Assembly (NCBI GenBank): GCA_040255465.1
Contig: JBDZVA010000002.1
Coordinates: 487,017 to 551,016, forward strand
Direction: 5' to 3'
DNA length: 64,000 bases
Source: Planctomycetaceae bacterium
Lineage (GTDB): Bacteria; Planctomycetota; Phycisphaerae; Phycisphaerales; UBA5793
Part shown: piece after piece, positions 1 through 7,199 of the stretch
Position numbering within the stretch: the stretch's first letter is position 1
How the letters are laid out: every line of letters starts with the position of its first letter
The notes under the pieces: generated by a model
The model's database searches: none
Told to the model about the DNA's origin: nothing
Seen by the model: only the letters and a program-made list of their open reading frames with translations
Program-made: the position numbers and the translations under genes

Positions 1-2
1 AT

Positions 3-1730
3 CTTCGCCTCGATCTCACGCCGGGCCTGAATGTCTTCACCGGCCAGACTGGCGCGGGCAAATCGCTCATTCTCGGCGCCTTTGAGATGCTCCTCGGCCG
101 GCGGACACTCGCCGACATGCTCCGACCCGGCGCCGCGGAGGGACGCGTCAGTGGAGTATTCGAAATTGGCGATCCGAGCGTTGCAGCCGAGATCCATCGT
201 GTCGCCGATTTGCCCCAGACGGACACGCTGGAATCGGGCGAATCGCTGCTGATTACCCGCAAGATGTTTGCCTCCGGCCGCTCCAGCGCGTCGATCAACG
301 GTCACCCCGTCACCATCGCCATGCTGCGCGAGGTGGGAGATCGCCTCATCGACCTGCACATCGGCGATGAAGGGGGATCGAGTGCCGCCGGCGATGCGCC
401 GTTCCTGCTGCGCCCGTCCAATCAACTCGCCGTCATCGACGCTTTTGCTGGCAATGACTCCCTCCTTGAACAATACGCCGCGCTGCACCATCAGTTGGTC
501 GAGACGAATCGCCTGCTTGATGAATCGCAACGCGGCAGCACGCTGCGCAGCGAACAACTCGACCTGCTCGAGTTCCAGGCCGCGGAGATCGACGCCGTCG
601 AGCCAGCGCCGGGAGAGTACGAGGAACTCTCTGCCCGGCATCGGGTCCTGGGAGAGGTCGATCGTCTCACACGGCAAGTCGGCCTCGCGCACACCCTGCT
701 CTACGACTCGGATGAGTCCGTCGCTTCGCGTCTTCAGGCACTTGTCGGCATCATGCGCGAGCTGTTGGAAATCGACCCGTCGCTTGCTGACGCCGCAGGG
801 CAGATCGAAGCGGCAGCCGCTTCGGCGCAGGACGCAGGCTTCATGCTCGGCCGCTACCTCGGTCGGCTCGATCTCGATCCCGTGGAACTCGGCGAGATCA
901 CCGACCGTCTCAACGCGCTCAACCGCCTCATTGCCAAATACGGCCACGGCTCGCTCGATGATGTACTTGCGTTCCGGGAGGAGATCAGTCGAGAGATTGC
1001 GGAGTTGAGCGGCGTGGGCCTCGACACGGCTGCGATCAAACGCCGACAGGCTGAACTCGATAAGCAAGTCGGGGAGATCGCCGCGCGGCTGCACGCAACG
1101 CGAGTCAAGGCGGCCAAGGCGCTCAAGCCGCGCATCGAGGCCGAACTCGCTCAGCTCGCCATGGCCGAGGCGGAGTTTGATGTCGCGTTCGAATCGCTCG
1201 ATGAGCCGGGGCCGACCGGATCGGACCAGATCGAGATGATGATCCGCACGAACCCCGGCCAACCCTCGCGCCCGCTGCGTCGCATTGCGTCCGGTGGCGA
1301 ACTCTCGCGCATCATGCTGGCACTCAAGACCGTGCTGGCCGGGGCCGAACGCATGAGCGTACTCGTCTTTGATGAGATCGACGCGAAGATCGGCGGTCGC
1401 CTGGGCTCAATCATCGGCGCCAAACTTCGTGCCCTGGCCGGCCGCCACCAGGTGCTGTGCATTACCCACTTGCCGCAGATCGCCGCCTACGGCGACACAC
1501 ACCTGCGCATCGCCAAGCACACGCGCAAGAACGAGACGCATATCGAGGTGGCTACGCTGAGCAGCGATGAATCTCGACGCGTCGAACTGGCCGAGATGCT
1601 CGCCGGCAAGTCCGCCACCGACATCACGCTGCGCCAGGCGGATGAACTGCTGGCCACGGCGCGAAACGGCGAGACCCCATCTTCGTCCAAACCGCCTTCA
1701 AAGCGGAAGACGCGCGCGACGAAAGCCTGA
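3..1730 (+). CDS. recN: DNA repair protein RecN (5'-truncated by window edge)
   Basis: Frame open from nt 3: LNVFTGQTGAGKS (Walker A). C-terminal ASGGELSRIMLALK, VFDEID and QVLCITHLPQIAA are RecN hallmarks. Confidence 0.97.
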   Translation, partial: LRLDLTPGLNVFTGQTGAGKSLILGAFEMLLGRRTLADMLRPGAAEGRVSGVFEIGDPSVAAEIHRVADLPQTDTLESGESLLITRKMFASGRSSASINGHPVTIAMLREVGDRLIDLHIGDEGGSSAAGDAPFLLRPSNQLAVIDAFAGNDSLLEQYAALHHQLVETNRLLDESQRGSTLRSEQLDLLEFQAAEIDAVEPAPGEYEELSARHRVLGEVDRLTRQVGLAHTLLYDSDESVASRLQALVGIMRELLEIDPSLADAAGQIEAAAASAQDAGFMLGRYLGRLDLDPVELGEITDRLNALNRLIAKYGHGSLDDVLAFREEISREIAELSGVGLDTAAIKRRQAELDKQVGEIAARLHATRVKAAKALKPRIEAELAQLAMAEAEFDVAFESLDEPGPTGSDQIEMMIRTNPGQPSRPLRRIASGGELSRIMLALKTVLAGAERMSVLVFDEIDAKIGGRLGSIIGAKLRALAGRHQVLCITHLPQIAAYGDTHLRIAKHTRKNETHIEVATLSSDESRRVELAEMLAGKSATDITLRQADELLATARNGETPSSSKPPSKRKTRATKA

Positions 1731-1731
1731 T

Positions 1732-2517
1732 TCAAAACTGCTTGTGTGTCGGCCGATCCTGCGGCGGACGCACGCCGAGCACGGCGCGAACGAGATGCAG
1801 ATCAGCCGGCGTGGTGATCTTGATGTTGCGCGGATCGCCGTTGACGACGTAGACCGCCTCGCCGAGTCGCTCGACGAGTGACGCGTCATCGGTGGCACCG
1901 GTCAGGTCTTTCTGTTCATAAGCACGAATGAGCAGGCCGCGCTCGAAGATTTGTGGTGTCTGCACCTCCACGAGCCTTTGACGATCAATCGTCGCTTCGA
2001 CCTGACGGGCCAGATTCTTGGGTCGGGCCGCATCGCCGAGAATGGCCGCCGCGATCGGGTCCGCCTCCGCCGCCTGCTTGGCTTCCTTCGACACGCGCTT
2101 GATCGTCGCCGTGACTGGCACGGCCGGGATCACCGCATCAAACATCCTGGCTGCCTCAAAAACCCGCTCGATCACATCAACAGGCGTCGCGGGTCGGGCG
2201 GCATCGTGTACAGCCACGTGCGTGCAGTCGCCGGGCACCTCCAGCAGGGCATTCCTGACTGTCTCCCATCGCTCCACGCGACCGCCGGGAACGATCCTGG
2301 CGCCATGGAAGCCGAGCTGATCGCCGAAGCGGAAGCGGAAGTCGTCGAGGTGGTCCGGCGGGCCGGCGACGATGACGCAGCCCACCTCGGGGCGCTTGTT
2401 GAAGAGTTCGACCGTCCGCATGAGCAGCGCCCGGCCGCCCAGGTCCTCGTTGAGCTTGTCCCGCCCGCCGAAGCGTTCGCTCCTGCCCGCGGCGGTGATG
2501 ATTACGGCGATGTTCAT
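1732..2517 (-). CDS. ispD: 2-C-methyl-D-erythritol 4-phosphate cytidylyltransferase
   Basis: AAGRSERFGG, VHDAARP, QTPQIF, TDDASLVE and NIKITTPADL motifs. Confidence 0.95.
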   Translation of the reverse strand: MNIAVIITAAGRSERFGGRDKLNEDLGGRALLMRTVELFNKRPEVGCVIVAGPPDHLDDFRFRFGDQLGFHGARIVPGGRVERWETVRNALLEVPGDCTHVAVHDAARPATPVDVIERVFEAARMFDAVIPAVPVTATIKRVSKEAKQAAEADPIAAAILGDAARPKNLARQVEATIDRQRLVEVQTPQIFERGLLIRAYEQKDLTGATDDASLVERLGEAVYVVNGDPRNIKITTPADLHLVRAVLGVRPPQDRPTHKQF

Positions 2518-2620
2518 GGTGAAAGGTTATCCCGACACCCACGATGAGGCTCCGCGAATCGTGCGGCGTCTCCGGCGCTCGAGTGCGAATCGCGCTATCA
2601 TCAGGTGTTCTTTGACATCT

Positions 2621-2970
2621 GGGGCCGACTGGTTTCGACCGGACAAGTTAGGGCTGTCGTGGCGTGTCGCGGCGCACGTGGACCGCGTTATCAAATGTGC
2701 AAAACCATAACTGCCAACACGCAGTTCGCTCTTGCTGCTTAACATAAGCGGCACGATCCGTCTCTCTTGCCTGCGGGCGGGGCGGATCGAAAACACAGCA
2801 GGCTGGCCCGGAGAGTCCATCGCGAACTCACAAGGGCGAGAAACGATCGCGAAGTGATCCAAAGGTAGGCCGTCGATGGTCGACCGAGGATCGAGATCAA
2901 AACATCGACTACACACGTAGAGGCGGCAGTTCGGCTGTACGGGACGGGGGTTCGATTCCCCCCGGCTCCA
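2621..2970 (+). ncRNA. ssrA: tmRNA; tag peptide ANTQFALAA (2713-2742)
   Basis: 5' GGGGCCG...GGTTTCGAC pairs with 3' CGGCTCCA (G3.U wobble). T-arm GGGGGTTCGATTCCCCC. Resume context ATAACT-GCC and a tag ending ALAA-stop. CCA is not encoded. Confidence 0.97.
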
Positions 2971-3019
2971 TTCGACTCCGCGCGAGGGGCAAGCCCTCGC
3001 GCGTCGCTCATGGCAAGCC
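2971..3019. repeat. GC-rich hairpin / REP-like element immediately after tmRNA
   Basis: Perfect 10-bp stem CGCGCGAGGG (2979-2988) / CCCTCGCGCG (2994-3003), flanked by TTCGACT and TCGCTCATGGCAAGCC; no U-tract. Confidence 0.5.
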
Positions 3020-3661
3020 ATCACGACTCGCGCCCGTTTGCGCGGCGTAGGTCGGGACAAGGCTCCGCGCAGGCCCGGCGAATCCGTGACCAACGCGCGA
3101 CGTGCGTTCAATTTGCACAGCGCCCCCAACCCGCCGGACCGCGCTCCGTTCGGCATTGCTCACGCCAGGCAAAGCAGCGGTTCCGACCCACGCCCGATTC
3201 GGCGTTTCGCGCCCGCACTCCGGGCAAACGTCATGATCCGTCCCGCGAAGGTCGTAGCCGCACTTGCTGCACAACCCCGGTGGGCGGCGGCGGTCGCGGT
3301 ACCAGAGGTAACAAGTCGGGACGCTGAGCACGAGCAGGACGGTCCAAATGGGCACATATGCATCCATTCGCAGTAACGCCCCGCTGAGGGAACTCCTGTA
3401 TTGGCGCCAGTACACCCACCAATGGACGCCGGCGCGATGCCTCCAAACCGGGGTTGGCCATTCACCATTCGCGACCATCTGGGCGAGCATGTTCGAGCTC
3501 TCGTAGCGAACGAAGAGCCCGCCACTGTCGATGCCAGCAATGGTTGTGCGTCCAACAAGACCACCGAAACCCCACCACGCACTCCCCACCCACACGACCA
3601 GCAGCAGCACGGTCAGCACCGTGCCGCTCCACTTGATCGTGCTGCGCAGGCGCGTTCGCAT
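3008..3661 (-). CDS. Two-TM membrane protein with C-terminal zinc ribbon
   Basis: Start MRTRLRSTIKW, hydrophobic helix, second TM (VPIWTVLLVLSVP), then CSKCGYDLRGTDHDVCPECG. The ORF portion upstream (3662-4246) overlaps a repeat array and a real + strand gene, so it is excluded. Confidence 0.8.
   Translation of the reverse strand: MRTRLRSTIKWSGTVLTVLLLVVWVGSAWWGFGGLVGRTTIAGIDSGGLFVRYESSNMLAQMVANGEWPTPVWRHRAGVHWWVYWRQYRSSLSGALLRMDAYVPIWTVLLVLSVPTCYLWYRDRRRPPGLCSKCGYDLRGTDHDVCPECGRETPNRAWVGTAALPGVSNAERSAVRRVGGAVQIERTSRVGHGFAGPARSLVPTYAAQTGASRDGLP
3047..3191. repeat. Degenerate inverted pair of GTAG-type REP-like sequences
   Basis: GTAGGTCGGGAC at 3047-3058 and GTTCCGACCCAC at 3180-3191 (reverse complement GTGGGTCGGAAC; 10/12 match). 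Confidence 0.45.
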
Positions 3662-3770
3662 CAGTCGATTGTATCGCGCGCCATTTGCCCGAATCGGCCG
3701 GCGCCGGGCATGCGTTGAGAATGGACCGGAGGTTTTGATGCATTTCGTGTGTTCTGCGCCTCCTACGGAT

Positions 3771-3890
3771 CGCGGAGTGCGCCCGCGAGTCTGGGAGTGC
3801 GCCCGCGAGACTGGGAGTGCCTCCGGAGGTCTGGGAGTGCGCCCGGGAGGCTCGGAGGGTCTCCGAGGTTCTCGGAGAGCGACCGAAAAT
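3771..3890. repeat. Tandem array of about 6 degenerate 20-bp units (consensus CTGGGAGTGCGCCCGCGAGN)
   Basis: Units start at 3771, 3791, 3811, 3831, 3851, 3871; CTGGGAGTGC is exact in three consecutive units. Confidence 0.85.
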
Positions 3891-4042
3891 CTCTCCGAGC
3901 GCCAGAATTGGCGGGAGGATGCGCTGCGGATGATGCGGGCCGAATCCGGATGATGCGACATTCCCGCAACCGACGCCGATAATCCTGCGAACGGGTTGGT
4001 GGTTCGTTTGAAACTCGAACCAACTCCGCCAAGGAGGATGCG

Positions 4043-4861
4043 ATGCGCTTCCCGATTCAACCGACTCGACGCGGGTTGACACTGATCGAAGTGATCATCG
4101 TGATCGTTCTGACGATCGTTGCCCTGGCGCTCGTGGTTCTGATGCTGCCCGTGGCGAGGCCGCACCACCATCACGATCACGAACTCACCTGCGCCACGCG
4201 CGTGAACCAGATCCACAAAGGGCTCATCCTCTTCGCCGTCGACCACAACGGCCGCTTCCCCGTCCCCACGAGCCTCTCCGCCGAGACCGCTGCACTCACC
4301 GTGCAGCCCGGCAACTCCTCCGCGAGCCTGTTCTCATACATGATCTTCGAAACGTACTACTCGCCGGAGGTCGTCCTGTGTCCGTCCGAGCCGAGCCCGA
4401 ACGTGAACGTGAAGACGGACTACCGATACGGCACACCCGATGACACGGACTGGAATTCTGCGTGGAAATGGGACCCGAGTTTCAGTGGGGATATCACCAC
4501 GCCTGGCGCCAACGTCAGCTATGTCACGCAGGCAATACTCGGTGAGCGTGTCAAAACACAGTGGCGCGATTCGCTCGATCCAGACTTCGCTGTTGCCGGC
4601 GATCGCGGCCCCAAGGACGGCATCTGGGATGCGAAGTCGCTCACCCTGCTCAGCCACGGCCGGCGCGATGACTGGACCGGGAACGTCGGCTTCAATGACG
4701 GCAGTGTGCGAAGCATGACCTTCACGAAGAAAGACAAGGCGCCCTTCACCGTCAACGGCGACAATCTCTTCTTTGCCGACGACGGCGAGATGGGTGGGGA
4801 CATGTGGCTCGGCCTTTTCGGTGCGACCGATGAAACGACGACCACGCCGTACTGGGATTGA
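4043..4861 (+). CDS. Prepilin-type N-terminal cleavage/methylation protein (DUF1559/H-X9-DG-like), copy 1
   Basis: RRG|LTLIEVII leader and C-terminal H-X13-DG (HGRRDDWTGNVGFNDG). RBS AAGGAGG. Confidence 0.88.
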   Translation: MRFPIQPTRRGLTLIEVIIVIVLTIVALALVVLMLPVARPHHHHDHELTCATRVNQIHKGLILFAVDHNGRFPVPTSLSAETAALTVQPGNSSASLFSYMIFETYYSPEVVLCPSEPSPNVNVKTDYRYGTPDDTDWNSAWKWDPSFSGDITTPGANVSYVTQAILGERVKTQWRDSLDPDFAVAGDRGPKDGIWDAKSLTLLSHGRRDDWTGNVGFNDGSVRSMTFTKKDKAPFTVNGDNLFFADDGEMGGDMWLGLFGATDETTTTPYWD

Positions 4862-4877
4862 GAGAGGAGAATCCATC

Positions 4878-5696
4878 ATGCGAGCCGGCCGTTGTTCCGC
4901 TCGTCGCGGCTTTTCGATCGTCGATGCATTCGTTGTCATCATGGTGCTGGCGGTTGTTCTGGGGATGGGGATCGTTTTGCGCGCGTGCAATCGTCCGCGC
5001 GGCGGGCGCGGCAAAACTCTTACGTGCTCTACGAGAGCGCGGCAGATTCACAGGGGCCTCGTCCTCTTCGCCAACGACTTCGGCGGAACCTATCCGATCC
5101 CCATGGACATCTCGCCCGAGACCGCGGCAATTTCCACGCAGACCGGCAACTCATCCGCGAGCTTTTACTCCTACATGATCTTTGAGACGTATTACTCGCC
5201 GGAAGTCATCAGGTGTCCGGAAGACGCGAATCCGAATCTGTTGTACAAAGACGACTTCCGCTACGGCACGATGGACGATCCGAACTGGAACCCGGCCTGG
5301 AAGTGGGACCCCAACTTCAGTGCCGACATCAGCAGGCCCGGATGCAACGCGAGTTACGCGACACTGGCCATGATCGGCGATCGCCGCAATACGCAGTGGC
5401 GCGACTCGCTCGATCCCAACTTCGCCGTGGTCAGCGATCGCGGGCCAAAGGACGGCGCGTGGGATGCCAAGTCGGTCACCATGAAGAGCCACGGCAACAC
5501 GAAGGACTGGGTCGGCAACGTCGCCTTCAACGATGGCCACGTGCAGAAGTTCACCTTTTCCGCCAAAGACCCCAATGCGTTCACAGTGAACGGCGACAAT
5601 CTGTTCCGCGTCGATGACCTCGAAAAGGGTGGCGACATGTGGCTCGGCCTCTTCGGCGCGACGGATGAGAAGACAACGACACCGTACTGGGACTGA
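4878..5696 (+). CDS. Prepilin-type protein, copy 2 (tandem paralog)
   Basis: RRG|FSIVDAFV leader, HGNTKDWVGNVAFNDG, RBS GAGGAG. Same 819-nt length as copy 1 with many identical blocks. Confidence 0.88.
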   Translation: MRAGRCSARRGFSIVDAFVVIMVLAVVLGMGIVLRACNRPRGGRGKTLTCSTRARQIHRGLVLFANDFGGTYPIPMDISPETAAISTQTGNSSASFYSYMIFETYYSPEVIRCPEDANPNLLYKDDFRYGTMDDPNWNPAWKWDPNFSADISRPGCNASYATLAMIGDRRNTQWRDSLDPNFAVVSDRGPKDGAWDAKSVTMKSHGNTKDWVGNVAFNDGHVQKFTFSAKDPNAFTVNGDNLFRVDDLEKGGDMWLGLFGATDEKTTTPYWD

Positions 5697-7154
5697 TCAG
5701 GCGCTGCTGCACGCGGCCGGGGTCCCGGCGAGCAGGTCGTCAATGACCTCGTCTGCCGTATAGCACTGCCCGTCGGGTCGGATGTAGCGGGCGATGTCGC
5801 GCAGGCCCTGGCCCGCGGTGATCAGCATCGGTTCCTCATCGCCTCCATTACGAATCTGTGGCAGGCCGATGGCGGCAATCAGCCCGTTGCACAGACACTT
5901 GCGGCCGACGGCGTCCTCGGCCTTTCCGCCGCGGCTGACGTAGTCGTCAGCCGGTTCCGCCGGGCAGCGCCAGCCGATGCTTCCATCCTCGCGCCGATAC
6001 GCATGTCGGAAGTAGCCAAGATCGCAATAGCGCGGCCGGGCGTCGTACAGGCACGGATCCGAGAGCGTCTCATCGAGTTGAACGATCTTGAAGGGCAGGC
6101 CCGCCGGTGATGCAAGTGGATCGGTCAGCACATCGGCGCGGTCGGCCAGTACCGCTTCGTGCACGCGCCGCTTGACGTCCTGCGTCATGGCGGACTCGGC
6201 GCAGAAGGCGAACGGAGTGCCTATCTGCACTCCCTGCGCGCCGGCCTCGATCGCTGCGCGCACGCGATCAGGATGGCCCCGAGTGCCCGCGAGCCAGAAG
6301 GGCACGCCGAGTTCCCGGAACACGGCCAGGTCGGCGACATCGCGCGGACCGAAGATCGGCTCGCCACGTTCGTTGAGTTGCATGCGGCCGCGAGGCCGGG
6401 CGTTGTGGCCGCCCGCAGTGAAATCTTCGATGACAAACCCGTTGATGCGCCCCGTTGCTTTTCGCGAGAGCATCGTGGCGAGCGAGTCGTAGGAGACGAT
6501 GGCATAGAAATCGGGCCGTCCAAGTGACGGCATGGCGCCGCCGCGCAACTCGCAGAAGGCGCGCGGGTCGAAGTGCATCAGCGCGCTTTCGCCCTCCTGC
6601 ACTTCGAGGGGCAGCTCAACACTGCGGCCCTGGGCGAGTCGGTCGAGAATGCCGGGGATGGTCGTGGGGATCCCGGCGCCCATCAGGACGACATCGACGC
6701 CAGCAAGCATGGCGCCGAACAGGGACGGCAGTGTGGGTGGCTCGATCTTGCGCAAGTAGTTGATGCCGACAAGACCGTCGTGACCCTCCTTGGCGAGGAA
6801 CACTTCGACAAAGTTGGCGGCAACGAGCAGTTCGAGGTGGAAGGACGTTGGCTGGACACAGGGCATCGGCACGGCGCGGTAGGGGGTCGTCGGTGACTTG
6901 CCGCCTTCGATGAAGTAGCGATCGAGGATGCGCTCCGCCACACCGGGCAGCGGCAGGTGATCCAGAGCGCGACGGAGATGTCCCTGGGGATCGCCGTGCT
7001 GGAGTCGTCGCGCGAACACGGCATCAAGAGCCGTGCCGGAAACAACGCCGAGCTGGCCGCGCAGAGAAACCGCTCGGGCGAGCGGCCAGTGCGACACTCC
7101 AATGCCCATCCCGCCCTGGATGATGGTCGGCTGGGTGCGGATGCCCATGCGCAT
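5697..7154 (-). CDS. Nitronate monooxygenase-family FMN oxidoreductase
   Basis: IIQGGMGIGVS, MGAGIP, AGGHNA and GAQGVQIGTPF motifs; Cys-containing C-terminal extension. Start approximate. Confidence 0.85.
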   Translation of the reverse strand: MRMGIRTQPTIIQGGMGIGVSHWPLARAVSLRGQLGVVSGTALDAVFARRLQHGDPQGHLRRALDHLPLPGVAERILDRYFIEGGKSPTTPYRAVPMPCVQPTSFHLELLVAANFVEVFLAKEGHDGLVGINYLRKIEPPTLPSLFGAMLAGVDVVLMGAGIPTTIPGILDRLAQGRSVELPLEVQEGESALMHFDPRAFCELRGGAMPSLGRPDFYAIVSYDSLATMLSRKATGRINGFVIEDFTAGGHNARPRGRMQLNERGEPIFGPRDVADLAVFRELGVPFWLAGTRGHPDRVRAAIEAGAQGVQIGTPFAFCAESAMTQDVKRRVHEAVLADRADVLTDPLASPAGLPFKIVQLDETLSDPCLYDARPRYCDLGYFRHAYRREDGSIGWRCPAEPADDYVSRGGKAEDAVGRKCLCNGLIAAIGLPQIRNGGDEEPMLITAGQGLRDIARYIRPDGQCYTADEVIDDLLAGTPAACSSA

Positions 7155-7199
7155 GATGCTAGTGCATCGGCCCGTCGCCGCCAAAGGCTGAAGTGCGGA

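Noticed and set aside
2527..3156. 209-aa ORF over the tmRNA
   Set aside because: Antisense to ssrA, with no protein features.
3771..3890. CRISPR array
   Set aside because: The period is only 20 bp, there are no unique spacers and no cas genes in the window.
3975..3982. Sigma28-type -10 box GCCGATAA before the duplicated prepilins
   Set aside because: No matching TAAA -35 at the expected spacing; insufficient support.
2941..5700. Integrative island or prophage at the tmRNA 3' end
   Set aside because: No integrase and no duplicated tmRNA 3' end (attR) was seen.
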